Assembly (NCBI GenBank): GCA_016748015.1
Contig: JAAOMT010000690.1
Span: 62,001 to 126,000, forward strand
DNA: 64,000 nucleotides
From: Geosiphon pyriformis uo1
Taxonomy: Eukaryota > Fungi > Glomeromycota
Reading direction: 5' to 3'
Below, one piece after another: positions 26,220 through 39,681 of the stretch. The notes below the pieces were generated by a model. That model worked only from the letters and a program-made list of their open reading frames with translations. It was not told the origin of the DNA and searched no databases. A program made the translations under genes and the position numbers. The first letter of the stretch is position 1. Each line of letters begins with the position of its first letter.

Positions 26220-27737
26220 TTAAACTTTGAAAACAGTATTATGAATTAATGTTCTCAAAGTTTTAAAAAAGTCTGAATCAACTTTTTTATTATACTGCTC
26301 TTTACAATAACACAATGTATCTTCAAGTGCAGTTTTATCTTGATATATAGATAGCAAAGGCAAAAATTTATTTTTATCTTCACTTTTTAAATCTTCATTT
26401 GCATTAGAATTTCCACTATACTTGTTGTTAATAAAATCTACAATTTTATTCTCTGAAACATAAGTAAATAATGATTTAAACTTGTTAATATTAATGAAAT
26501 CTATTGCCAATAGTTTGTCAATATCAACATATTCAATAAGAATTTGTACTTTTTGTAGAAGTTTTTGTTCAATATCTAATGGATGGGCTGGCATTTGACT
26601 ATTATTCAGAATTTTCATATGATGGCAACAGTTTTGGATTGTAGTTGTTGTTATTATTGACCACGCATTAATTAGAAAGTCAACTGCATTCTTTAATATT
26701 ACTGTTGATATTGAAATTTTGCCATTATACTGATTAATAAAATAGAAAAGAAACAACTTTCAGTATTGTATCTTAAAGGATACAATAATTCCTACATTTA
26801 ATGATTGCAAATGTGATGTTGTATTGGATGGTAAGTATCTAATCATAATATTAAATAATACAGAAAGTTCTCTACTATGAGAACTAGTATTATTAAGCAA
26901 TAGCAAAATCTTTTTTTTCTTGCAATGCATTTCTTCATTTAATAAATTAAGCCATTCACTAAAAATATCGGTTTGCATCTATGCTTTTGTATTATAACAA
27001 TAAGTGATTAGAAGTGCATTCATATTAATATTGTGAAAACATTGTGGCTTTGCAGCTTTGCTAATAATTAAAGGCTGCAACTTGATGCTACCTATTGCAT
27101 TATAAGCAAAAAGTATGGTAATTCAATTTTTATTACACTTGATGCCAGAGGTAGATCTTGTTGTCAAAGTTGCATTTGGTGGCATTCTAAAAAATAATGC
27201 TGTCTTATTGGTATTGTAAACATTATTTAGATCATATTTGCTAATAATCTCATGCAGTTTCTCTTGTTCTTCTGGTAAAATTTCCAAGGAGGCATTGTTT
27301 GCTTTGCCATGCATCTTAATGTGGTGCAAATTATGACATTTTTTGAACTTTTCTAACCAACCATCTGATGCTTTAAAGTTATTTTCTTTTGGAAACTTTT
27401 TAGCAAACTTGAAGGCTTTTATTTGTAAAAATTTTCCAGTAAGAATGCAGTTGGTAGCTAGTGCTCCAAGCATCCATTCTCCCAGTGCATTATTTATCTT
27501 TGGAAACATCTTTTTCTTGTCCTTTATTAATTGACTAAAGTTGTCAGATACATTTTTTTCAATCCATCAATCTGATTTTGCAAGTATCTTTGTTATAATG
27601 GAGCAGTCAACTTTTAGATTAAATATTTCAATAAGTCTATTTGCTGAATAGTCAGGATGCTCTAGTTTGTACTGGCAGAGAGCCTTTTTAGTCTCCAAAG
27701 AGATTGCTGCTTGCTTTTGGTTTGTGTTTTTTGGCAT
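26220..27737 (-). pseudogene. pogo/Tigger (CENP-B-like) DDE transposase pseudogene
   Basis: HTH region from ATG 27737 (MPKNTNQK...), FKASDGWLEKFKK, eroded catalytic motifs NTNKT (NxDET), LNNTSSH (LDNxxxH), LQSLNVGII (LQPLDxGII). Confidence 0.9.
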
Positions 27738-28252
27738 GTTAATAAGAACACACTTTTTATTGTATTTTGCTTTTATAATGCATTGATGTATCTGTTATGT
27801 CTCAAACATCATTTTGCCTTATATCTAATTGGACATGTAAGGTATTTCATATTATATAAGGTGCCTCAGATTATAAAAAGTGGCCAAATTATAAAAATAA
27901 AAATTTTAATCCAACTATAGAATTCTAAGTGCAAATGACAGATTCTTGGTAAAAAAAACCTAATTTCAATAATGTATCTGCAATATTTTTTGCCTTTTAT
28001 CTCCAATTGATAATCAATAATAAAGGCTGTTAATTTGATCCCCTATATAGTTGCATAATTACATAGAAGATAGCATAATGTCATGTTGTCAAGCCCTCTA
28101 AACACAGCAATGTCTATATTAATTAGAATATCAATATAAAATACTTTATACAATGTCAGGGATATTGGAGTGAAAGTCAACTGCAGTTTTTTAAAAAATG
28201 TCCTGATTATCATAAGTCGTAAGATTTGATATGTAATATATATAGACATGCA

Positions 28253-29046
28253 ATGGCTTCCAAATTAATGTGGCCACATGTTGTTTTTAAAAAAAATTCA
28301 TCTGTTGAAGGTTACTTAGAATGGGCCCAAAATAAAACAGATCTTATATTCAAGTTAAAGTATAAACAAGTCTTTTTTTATTTACAAGCAATTATTAACT
28401 TTACACTGAAGTTTGTTTCAATAGGTCTTCATTAAGACTTGTGGCTAGACAAATGTTTGCACTAATTTGGTCTGCTCAGTGCCATCCTATTTACCAATTA
28501 ATTAAAATTGCTGATGAAGAACAATGGCTACGATTGAAGCCTGAAGTTTGCAAGCTGATTCAAGAAAAAATTGTAATTTTTCAATCTAAACTTTTAAATC
28601 AACATCAAAGCCATGATGCAATACTTGAAAAAATTAACAAAACACTCAAATTGTTGATTTCTTTTACACTTTCACAATGGCAATGAGAAATTGCAGCATA
28701 TAACTGTATCAAATTTGAGAGATTACATACTAATCTCTTTAATGTCATCAAATATTCTAAAAGTAAAATATACAGGTCTTGTATACGTCCTAGCTTTATT
28801 GCTGAATCAAATTGATTTTGAGTTCAGATAAAAAAAACACAGTTTGTAAATCCAAATGTCTTTAATCGTGTTTTTCATGATATTGGCCATGAATGAATAT
28901 TAAGCAAAAAAATGAAAAAATTTAGTAAAATTGCATGGATGAAAAGAATAGACTTTCTTAAAACAAGACAAATTAAAAAAACATTGTTAGGTACTTGGAA
29001 ACCAATTCCAGTAACAAGTGAAGAAGCAAATCATCAAAAAATGTAA
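28253..29046 (+). pseudogene. Cargo gene of unknown function inside the pogo element (about 240 aa, one probable intron 28360-28423)
   Basis: MASKLMWPHVVF... continues in one frame to ...TWKPIPVTSEEANHQKM*. The only interruptions are four TGA codons, compatible with CGA>TGA. Confidence 0.55.
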
Positions 29047-29329
29047 ATCTGTTAATAAAATCACAACTATTATCTATTATTAACTCTCTAATACCTCTTT
29101 TAAGTAATCATGTTTTCAAAACTTATCAAGTTAATCATGTGACAGCCTAATAAATATCCTTCAAGAAGTTAGAAATATATTGTATTGTGTACAGTTTTGT
29201 TTATATTGGATTAGGTGTATTACTATTTATAATTAGCATTTTTAAAACATAATATGTTGAATCTAGGTCTGAATCTCCATTTTGTATAATTATGTTTGGA
29301 TTATAAAAAACATTTAACACGGATTTATT

Positions 29330-30087
29330 TGTCCCAAAAAAGTTGATTTTTAATATATCTTTAAAACTATCAGTCAAATTTTTGCTTGCTAATACTAAAT
29401 ATTGGTTAAATGATGAATATGATTGCTAGTATAGAGCCATTTTTTAATTGTGGATGCCAAAGTTGATGTGAAAATGTATTTATTGGGTATATATTGGAAT
29501 TTTTATGCTCTAAGTTTTATTACTAGTTACATTTCTCTTTCTAAGGAAAGATAAATTCGAACTTTGTTCCCAGTTGATTTGCTCAAGCAATGTCCTATTA
29601 ACAAACTTGTTCCTGGAGGATCCCATTGGGCCATTATTCTTGCTTATAGGTCTGTTAATTCCTTCTTTTAATATGGAGAAAAAGTAATCTTGTTAGCCAA
29701 AGTTTGATCCAGAGTAACTTTATTGATATCCGTAGTAACAGTCTCCAAAGCACTACTAGTCTCTGAAGCATCACTTGTCTCCAAAGCACTAAGAGCAGCA
29801 GTACTGTATTATATGTCAACTATTATTAAAATTCTTATAATACCTGTAAACAACAAGCCAGATATAATAGTTTCATCATTGTTTTCTGATGGTGGTAGTG
29901 GCTTATAAAAAAGAAGAGTAATTAAATATTGTAATATTTCAGAAATTTTGTTTAGTGTTTTAAAATTGTTTTTAGAAACTTTTCTAATTTTTTTACTATC
30001 ATAAAAAGAATGATTTCCATTGACAAATTGGGAAATCTTCTTAACTATACATGTTCGATTAAATATGAGATAACATCTGATGTTCAT
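29330..30087 (-). pseudogene. Possible second decayed cargo gene in the pogo element
   Basis: A GT..AG intron-like segment (about 29805-29843) is followed by one frame TAALSALETSDASET...WPNGILQEQVC...LWHPQLKNGSILAIIFII, broken by stops explicable as C>T. Confidence 0.35.
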
Positions 30088-32889
30088 ATCTAATATTATA
30101 TAATTATAGTGTAACTATAGAGAGTGGAAATTACTTATATTCTGCTATTATATTTGTGGGAATAGGAACTATAAGGAGATATATATAGTAAAAGTGACTA
30201 TAAGGAGATAATATTATATATAAATGGTTTTTGGTTTTTAAAAAAATGTAATTATAAGAAGATAGTAACTATAACCAGAAAGACTATAGAGAGAGTTCAC
30301 TGTATATACATAATTTGGGTTTTACAAGATCACTCACATTCCTGAGCAATATGCTATAATTTTTCAAGCAATGTTCACATTGCTGAACAATATGCTTATA
30401 TGTTAGCTACTATTCTTCTATTGGTCTATTTGTTTTTTCTACTATTTTTTTGTATGCTTTTTCTATGAGTAACAATAATAAACACTTAATAAGATAAAAA
30501 TAAATTGTGACTAATAACTAACTATAGATTACAGAACTGTTAATACTAAATAAGAGAACTGTTTATTTGTAATTGCTTTTTTCAGTACTATATTAGTAAA
30601 AAATTGAACATTAAAATAAGTTTAAACCATATTGGACTTAAACAAATCTTTAGTTTACAGAAAAATTTCTAAATATCTATGTGGTACATTACTTTTAACA
30701 ATTAAAATAGGCAAATTACTGATTCTTAAAATAGCATTTTTAACTTTGTAATTGATGAAAATAACCACTGTTTTATTATTGTTAATTGAAATATTATTGA
30801 TTAAAAAAATTTCACTGGTAATATTTAAAATATACTGTGTGGCTGCTTAACTATTTTCAATTCAGATAATATTATCAACAAAAACATCTGTTGTTAAGAA
30901 AGAAATTTTTTTTTACTGGTTTTTATTCTGTCTGTTTTAGTCACAAATCTGGTATTAATTTAATATTTACATAAATGTTAATGTCTTTTCACTTTACATA
31001 AAAGAAAATCATAAAAAATTCTTTAAAAAAAGAAAAAAACATCTTACTTTAATTCAACTCATTATGCACCTAATAACCATTTATAAGACCAAAATCCGTT
31101 ATTACTTTATTTATTCTATCTTTATAAATACTGTCAAAAAAACCAATAAATTTTTTACATATCTTAATATACTGTAAACTAGTCTTCAAATGGAGTCAAT
31201 CAACAGAGTCATATATTTTATATATGTTTTACAAAACTAACCAAATCTCATAATTCTTTTTTAGAACATTTTTAATTACTAAGCCAACAGCAAAAATAGG
31301 AGATTGTGTCAATATATTTTTTAAAACAAAAAAATTATTTCCATAAAAAACACCAAATTTACTACAAGTATATAAGATTCAATCTGAAAAAATTTTGAAC
31401 AAAAGTTTTTTTGTTGTTTTAATAAAAATTATAGACCAAGTATTTGTAAAAATTTTATCTCATTTATAAAATTTTGGTATTATTGAAATTCATGTTTTTC
31501 TTTATAAAGTAAAAATTACACCTAAAATTAAACATGAATTTAATAAAACCAGAAGCCCACCTAAAATATTTTTATTATAGTGTTTCCAAAATTCATTTAA
31601 AATATTACTTAACTTAACAGCCTTTTTATCTGCCAAATTTTTGATCACTTGGACTAATTTTTTATTATTAATAACATTTATAATACTTAAAAAAGCATTA
31701 TTATTTACATAATTCAAAGAAGCATACTAATTAATCCAGAGCCCAAACAATAACTCAAGTATTATTCTCTTTTTAGTCCAGCCTTTTATAATCATATTAA
31801 TCTTAAATTTAATTTTATAAAGTTTTAATATTAAATTATTAGCCACTACTAAATGATTTAACATAATCTTGCAAAATAATTTCTTCAAAATATTCTTAAT
31901 TATTTAGTCTTTATTTAAACAAAAACTTTCTATTCTTTTTTTAATTGTATTCTTGATAGCAGCTGCTTTAGCAATTTTAGATTCATATAACTTAAACTTA
32001 TGTTAACTTTTTCTGATTTTTGACAAATAGTTAAAAATATTGAAAGGTTTAACACTATTCCGAATTATAACTTTTATTTCAAAAGCCTTATTATTATTGA
32101 TAACCAACCAAACATAAAACAGAAAGTCGATTTTAATCATATTATCTATTTTTAAAGTCTTAATTACTTTGGTAACTAATAATTCTAGTTTAAAGAATTT
32201 TAAAGAGAACTTGTTTTTTAAACAGTTAAACTTGTTATATTAATGTTTAGAAAACACTATATTAACTGCTTTTATTAACATACTTTTCAGCATCTTCTAT
32301 ATTACATCTAAATTATCTATTTTTTTTGCATTTCTGAACTTATTTATTATTAATGAAAACTTCATAAAGAAAATCTTTTTAAAACATGTTTATTTAGTAC
32401 TATTTGTATTTTTATCTTAAACTTTTAGCAATTTTTATTAGTTTGTTTACACATACTATTCAATTAAACATTTAAAAAGCTGCTCAAACCAATTAAAACT
32501 AAAACCACTTTGTGATTAGTATTGAAAAAATTAGATACTGGGTTAATTCTATGACCAATAACTACAAATAACAAATTTTTACTCATAAAAATATAATCTA
32601 TGACCTTTTTAACACTTTTCAAGTTACTCTAAGTAGAAATTTTAACTAATAAATACTTATTAAATAAATTTACCAAACCTAAATTCAAACAAAACTTGAA
32701 ACTTGAAACTTGTATTCTTTTTAGACTTATTTTTATTGAAATTTCTTCTAAGACCACAAAAATGCTGAAATTTACTGCCTTAACAATAAAAAAATTAACT
32801 TTAAAAGCCTAATCAAATTTAGTTTTAACAAAAGTGTCAGCATATAAACTTAAAACTATAATTGAGAGTTTGTTTTTAAAAAATAGAAA

Positions 32890-34817
32890 AATAGAAATCA
32901 TAATAAGTAAAAAAATAGCCAATAAGAAATTAACATAATAAAAAAAATTTCAGAATTTTTCTTAAGAAATTTCAAAAAATTTCTTATAATGAAAAAAATA
33001 TATATATAGCAGTAGTATTAAAAACAAGAAAAATAGTTAATAAAATTCAGACAAGTTCTAATTAATAAGTAAAAAAATTATATATTACTTAAAAGACCAA
33101 AAAAATCCAGAAGTTATTATCAAAAATTTTTACAATAAGCTACTACAATACATTAGTCTTTTACAAAATCATAGTTTTGTTCCAATAATTACAAAAATCA
33201 ATTGCAAAATTGAAAATTACACTAAACAAAAATTTCTCATTACTTTTACTAACAAAAAAAAAGAAAAGTTACAAACTTTAGTAAAAATCTTAATGAAAAT
33301 ACAACTGTTTACTTGGAAGAAACCAAGAATTATTTTACTCATTAATCCATTATATCATTACATATTTAGAAACATCATTCAAATAACATTAACATTTATG
33401 TTCATAATATTATTCATAAAAAATACAAAGAAAAAAAGCTAAAAAAACAGATAGGAAAATAGATCAATAAAAGAATAGTACTTAATATGTAAGCACAATA
33501 TCAGAAAACTATAACACATTGTTAATAAATTAGGACATATTGTTCAGCAATGTAAGCAATATCAGTAAATTAGGGCACACTTTTTAGCAATGTGAGCAAT
33601 GTTAGTAAATTAGAACATATTGCTTAAGAAAATATAAAATCTTATAGAACAAGAAATATGTATATATAATAAGAATGTTAGAAGCAGAAAAAACAGAATC
33701 TATCTCAGAATTTAGTTTAGAATTAATTAATTATCCAATATTTTTCCTTTTAAAAAGTAGTTTCTACAACTTAAGGCAGAATTCAATTACATATTAATAA
33801 AATATCTATTATTACTTGAATTCATATTATTATTATTAAATAAAGAATATTAATCATCTTTATTTTATCAACACTCTATGTTAATAGAATCTAATACTTG
33901 ATTACATTAGAACAATAGCTCTTAATTACGGCTATTAATGAATACTAATTTCTTTTATTTTTTTATTTCTTTGTTTTATTTTTTTGCTGTTTACTAAATT
34001 AATTCAAGGATTAATATATAGAGTTATTAATGTTAAAAAAAACTGGTAAAAAATCCAGAAATAAGAGTAGAAATTCGAAATTTGAGGATAACTTACCAAG
34101 AAGAACTAACTATCAAGCTGAGAAAAAAATTCATAAAATACATTTTTAAGAGAATACTGAAATAGCAATTGAATCTCTGTTTATTATATAAAAGACTTAA
34201 TCCAAAATCTTCAGATCACAAAATTTTTTAGATATTACCAATATTACTAAGCTATTAAGCACCAAGTTATGGATTTGTTATTTGTACTAATATTCCAAAT
34301 AATTATTTATAATAATAAAAACACTATTAGCACAAGTACTATTTTAAAATAAACAAAAAAAAACCAAATTATTAAGAACTTATGGTAATTATTTTAAAGA
34401 ATTTAAATTACAACCAACAATGCCATCAGAATTTTTACTTTAACCTAATTTCAAATTCATCAGTAATTGAGTAGATACTAAATTGAAAAAAAAGTAGTAA
34501 TTAAAAAAATAATAATTAAAATCTAATTTCAAATACCTCTAAAATCAAATTCCAATTGTTTAAACTTAGCAAAACCTAAACAATTCGAATTTTACCTTTA
34601 TTATTCAACAAAATCTACTTTTAATTATTTAGATTAATCTATTATTAGTTATATTAATAGCTACTTTACTATAATAACACTAACAATAACTGCTATTAGT
34701 ATTAATGGTCTATGTATCAATTGTAAAACTAAAAAAATTCACCAGTAAAAAAAACAATATCTAAGCATAACTAAATGATGTGGCAAAAGTTATTACAGTT
34801 AATAAATAGAATAATAC
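32890..34817 (+). mobile_element. Old Gypsy relic D (partial LTR plus gag), host of the solo LTR 33408-34314 and of element A
   Basis: CCAAT/TATATATAGCAG LTR remnant at 32915-33020. 34370-34440 and 34710-34817 match element A gag at 36260-36330 and 36716-36826. Confidence 0.7.
33408..34314 (+). mobile_element. Solo LTR, TSD ATAA
   Basis: Eroded termini TATTAT...ATAATA; ATAA at 33404-33407 and 34315-34318; same internal CATATTGTTCAGCAATG repeats as the 25412-30474 LTR. Confidence 0.75.
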
Positions 34818-35679
34818 TGTTATTCATAGAAATATAGAAAATATATTAGCATAATTATTAGCCAATCAGAAGTAGACATAGTAAATGTGGAATTCCAGGA
34901 TTCCTCCCAGGAATTGCAGGATTCCAGGAATTACAGGATTCTCACACAAAGAATTGCAGGATTCCAGAATTCCAGAATTCCTCTTAAAAAAATTGCAGAA
35001 TTCCAAGAATTTTAGGATTCCTGTCATAAAGAATCAAGGAATTAAAGAATCTCAATTATGTATATATAGCAGTAGAATTAGAAGCTGAAAAGACAGACCT
35101 TTCAGTTTTAGATTTGATCTAAGAAACCTTTTAGTTCCCAATCATTAAATAAATAATTATTTCATATCTCAATCCACTCTCCACTATCAACACTTCATGT
35201 TGATAGCAATTGATACTTAAAAACACTAGAACAATAGCTCTTAATTATGGCTATTAATAGAATACTAACTTGCAATTGCATCTTGGCCAAAATTCTATTT
35301 TCTCTTTATTTTTCTTTTATTTTCTTTTCTAGTTTTTTTTGATTTTACTGTTGTGCACTAATTGATTGAATAAAGCGTTAGATTACTGATGTCAAGAATT
35401 ACCTAGTAAAAAACCCCTGCGAAAGGGTAGAATATATACAGTAGATATGGAATACTTACCAGAAGATTGCTGGCCACTAAGCTGAGAAAAGAATTGACAG
35501 ACTTGTGAGTCTAAGAAGCTATGGATAAAACAACTATTGAATCTCTGTCCATTATACAAAGGACTCTAACAAAACCTTCAGATACAAAACCTTCAGATTA
35601 TCAACAACGTGAAATAGTCTTGAGCACTAAGTTACGGATCTATTATTTAATCTGAAACCCCAAATATTCAACTGTAATA
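34818..35679 (+). repeat. Element A 5' LTR
   Basis: Direct repeat of 63175-64000; CCAAT box, roughly 9-bp GGAATTCCA-like repeats, TATATATAG at about 35061. Confidence 0.95.
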
Positions 35680-35742
35680 TTTGGTGCTTCTTGTGAGGTA
35701 TAATCCTACAGAGAACCAGCACCAACAAAACACCATCCAAAA

Positions 35743-38338
35743 GTGGCAGAATCAGAAAATATCATTTAGAATTTGCAAAATTCTTATTTTAACACTATTG
35801 TCAATACTTGGAATTAAATCACAATCATATATCCACCGAATCAGCCTTCAATTTCTACGTCAACAAAAAGATTTCCTCTTTGTTAGGAACACCAGTAAAT
35901 ACTGAATCAACAAGAAAAACTTTCTATAGAAAATTAATTCAAAACACCAACCTATCAACAAACCATAATTTCACATCTATCATCACTGAGATCAACAAAG
36001 AAATTGAACATCACACCCAACAAAGATACCCAATTACATATGCTAGTAAAAGCAAAAGAAAACTACAAATACCAGCAGTAACACCCAGAAAGATACAACC
36101 ACCTACTTGAAAGAAGAACAAAGTTGAATCTCCAAGTAACCCATCCTACTACTATACACCCAAAAACACCATCAACATATCATCAATAGACACACCCCCA
36201 TCAACTGCGACATCAGCATTTGGACAATTCCCATTCCAAAGTAGACAAAAAAAAATGGAATTATTAGAACCATATGGCGAATACTTTAAGGGATTTAATT
36301 CATGATCACCAACCCCATCAGGACTTCAATCACCACCACCTCCACCAGATTTTGGAATTTCTGATCCATAAAAAGTAACAGAATCAGAAAAAGAGGAAGA
36401 AAAATCAGAGGATCAAGAATTCACTTATCAACACCCGATTACTGAAAACCTGGAAGTTGAAACCTCAAATCTTCAAGCTCAGCAAAATTTAAATCTAAAA
36501 AATTTGGAAATTGAAACTTCGAATCATCAAAAACAGAACAATCCAAACTCCGAATTAATTAATCAGCACAACTTACCTCCGGTAATCGTCATCGATCAAC
36601 TGCCGATTAATCCAATAGCCAAGCCCATCTAGCAGCCATTTCAACTACCACCCCAACAACCAGTACAACAACAACCACTTCAACAACCACCATAACAACC
36701 CAACTTAGATCCAATGGCATACACACCAATTGCAAAACTTAACAACTTTACCGGCAAAGAGGACAATGTGCAAGTATGGCTGAATAACATAGAGAAAGCC
36801 ATTACTGCAAACAGATAAAATAACGCCTAAGCACTTCAAGCCATTCCATACTTTCTAAGGGACACCACAGATGCATGGTATCAAAGTCTAGCTGTCAAAC
36901 CCCAAACTTTCAATGACTTCAAGACAAAATTCTTAAGATATTTCAGCAACAATAATAGCATCAACAAGTTAGCCAACTTCTTTACCACCATTAAACAAGG
37001 AGATACTAAAGCAGTCACCACTTACTTGGAACACTTTTATAGAAACCTGTGTCAGATCCAAGCAATTCAAGCTGACTATTTTACAGCACCACAAATTTTG
37101 AACCAATTTATTAGGGGTTTGTGCAATAACCTCCTCCAGCGAGTATGCCCAATGCATCTAGTTGACCTTTCTACTGCAGTTACACATGCCAGAGATTTTG
37201 AAGCAGCTGAGTTAGAAGCCAATCATGCCCAAGCAGTAAACCTAGTAATGAATAGATCATCTAAATTGGATTCCAAATTGAAACAATTCAGTGAGTCAAT
37301 TAATCGGAAACTAGAGGAATACTTAACTGACAATCGCACCATATATCAATCATCACAACGACGCAATAATTCAGGAAACATGAATCATTTCCAAAATCAG
37401 TCACATCCATTATCATCAGCAGCACCTAGTCAGTCGTGGCAGCCAGAAATGTGTGTCTACCACAACTGTGGTAAACAAGACCATATTTGAGTTAATTGTC
37501 ATACTTATAGCAACTAACAATCGAAAAATCAATACAGAAACTCTGATCACCAGTTCCAAACTCTGAATCATTATCCAAATCAAGATCAAGCCCCATATCA
37601 AAATACTTACTTGCCAATGATGCAGCAACCAGTCTATCAACTACCAGTATATCAACCTCCAGTTTATTAACTACAGCCACTGGCAATTTATCAACAGCAG
37701 CCTCCAGTAATTTATCAGCCGCAGTCCCAAATAATTTATTAGTCTCAACTATCAATCCAAACCCCACTTCAAAACTCAGTTATGATAACATCAGGAAACC
37801 CGAGACTTAGAATTGCTCAAAATTGGAGATTAGTGATGGTTGTTCATCAACTGATCTCCAGCTCTTCTTACCAAAGCTTAGGATCCTATTCTCGGAATTC
37901 AGGTACAGATGCCACCCAAAACCTGAATTTCCAAAACTATTTAAGTCTCCTGGTTACTCCAGAAAATACCACACCCAACAACCAAGAACTTAAACAAACA
38001 CCTATCAGCAACATTCCACCTGCCATGATAATAAAAGATGAATCTCTGGATGCCATTTTTTCATTCAAACTCAAAAAACCATCAACCATGCTATTATTCA
38101 ATAGAGCTGCATTGGAAGAAAAGCCAATTACCACTATGTACACTAATGTGAAAATTGATGGCCATCCTATCAAACTAATTCTTAACAGTGGTTCAGCAGG
38201 CAGCATCATTATATGACAATTTATGGATCAATTAGGTCACCGAGTTGATCAAGCTGCCAGTGCCAGAATTATCACAGCTGATGGAGTGACCAAGACTCTA
38301 ATCGGCGAAATTGATGACTTACCAATCGAAATTAACAG
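35743..38338 (+). pseudogene. Element A gag and protease N-part
   Basis: AIPYFLRDTTDAWYQSL, QILNQFIRGL, eroded zinc knuckle at about 37451-37499, LILNSGSAGSII (eroded DSG). Confidence 0.9.
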
Positions 38339-39617
38339 TGTTACCAGACGAAATTAGAGATATTATTTAACATGAAATTATCTTTATAATTCCTATCATT
38401 AATTAGCATATATTATTATTTCAAATTATCACTTATTATATTAGCAAAATATCCGAAATTATCATTTAATTAATAAACCAATTTATACATAACACAGATG
38501 TAACCTAATTGTGATGATCAATCATGCAATACCCTGAAATATGTAACATTCAAAAGTTTGCCAAAATTTGTAGAAATTCACTGAAATAATTGATAGTTCA
38601 CCGAAATATCTAATAGTTTGCAGAAATAACTTGTAGTTTACTGAAATGTATCTTTAGTTCAGCAAAATTGTAGAAAAGAGCAAAGTTCAAGTTCATAGAA
38701 TAGTATTATGACAAGTTGTATAAAAGAAGAGCTTTTCTCTTTGAGAAAATGTATTTTACTTTAGATTTAACAATTAGAATCATCCTTTATACACAAAAAC
38801 GAAATAAATATCAAATAATTTGAAAAATCAAATCCTTAATTATTCCTCTTTTTGAAATTAACCAATTCCTACTAAACAGTTTTGAAATTGATTAGCTACC
38901 AATTTCAATAAACCATTAGTAACTCCAGGCCTGGATAGAAAACGTTTCTCTTGACAGAATTCTATTTCTTTTATTTTTTTATTATAATCATTAGGGTAGC
39001 CTACAGACAAGATTCCTGTAGAAGAGTTAACTTTTACAGCAAAGTAACTACACATTTTTAGTGAGCTTCTAGACAAGCAATTCCTGAAAAAGAGTTGATG
39101 TTTACTATAACATAACTACACAAAGCAACTGGCATGGAATTGGTCATTCCACTTATAAGCCCAGCAGTTTAAATTATAGGAAATAATTTGAAGATAAATT
39201 CAGTTACTGGAGGTTCAACCACATTCAGACAACATGAATTCACAACAAATAGGCATCAACAACATTAAAGAAAAGAGACCAAAAACCTCTGGTAATATTT
39301 GGTGCTCTCCCATGGAAATAACACAGCAACAACAAATTCAAAGTGGCGACCACACCAGACACAACAACTCTAGAATATTACCAGTCAATTTACACCCACT
39401 GCAAGCAAAGATTCAACATTCCAGACGAAATTGAAGTTGTCAAGAAATCAGTATACCAATACATTGAAAACCACATCAACAATTATCTTTTTGGAAACTA
39501 CAACATTTCAGAAGTTAGAAACAATCTCTACAATAATTTAGTGCACTATTCACAATTGAGAACAGAAGACCTGAACAGTGAAACACTTGCTACCTACTTC
39601 CAAGAACTTAATTTTAA

Positions 39618-39637
39618 NNNNNNNNNNNNNNNNNNNN
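39618..39637. other. Assembly gap (20 N); others at 51559-51578, 55979-55998 and 58919-58938
   Basis: Runs of N seen directly. Confidence 1.
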
Positions 39638-39681
39638 TTGGTGCTCTCCCATGGAAATAACACAGCAACAACAAATTCAAA

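Larger units (their letters stand above)
26037..30302 (-). mobile_element. pogo/Tigger (Tc1-mariner superfamily) DNA transposon with TA TSD and cargo region
   Basis: Left end CAGTAAACTCTCTTTATAATC vs reverse complement of right end CAGTGAACTCTCTCTATAGTC (21 bp, 3 transitions); TA at 26035-36 and 30303-04; subterminal GACTATAAGGAGA-like repeats. Confidence 0.92.
25412..30474 (-). mobile_element. Solo LTR (related to element A / array LTRs) interrupted by a pogo transposon
   Basis: TGTTACA at 25412, GTAACA ending 30474; flanks ATGA/ATAA (4-bp TSD, one G>A); sequence similar to the array LTRs and to 33408-34314. Confidence 0.85.
23430..32885 (-). mobile_element. Second decayed LINE ORF2 (APE endonuclease, RT, RNase H), split by the solo LTR at 25412-30474
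   Basis: RNase H IYTDKSL/MAKLQTIAL at 24453-24899. Flanks at 25411 and 30479 join collinearly with the first LINE (about 10230-10340). APE-like VIDYIF and NTNH(TDH) at about 32500-32610. Confidence 0.8.
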
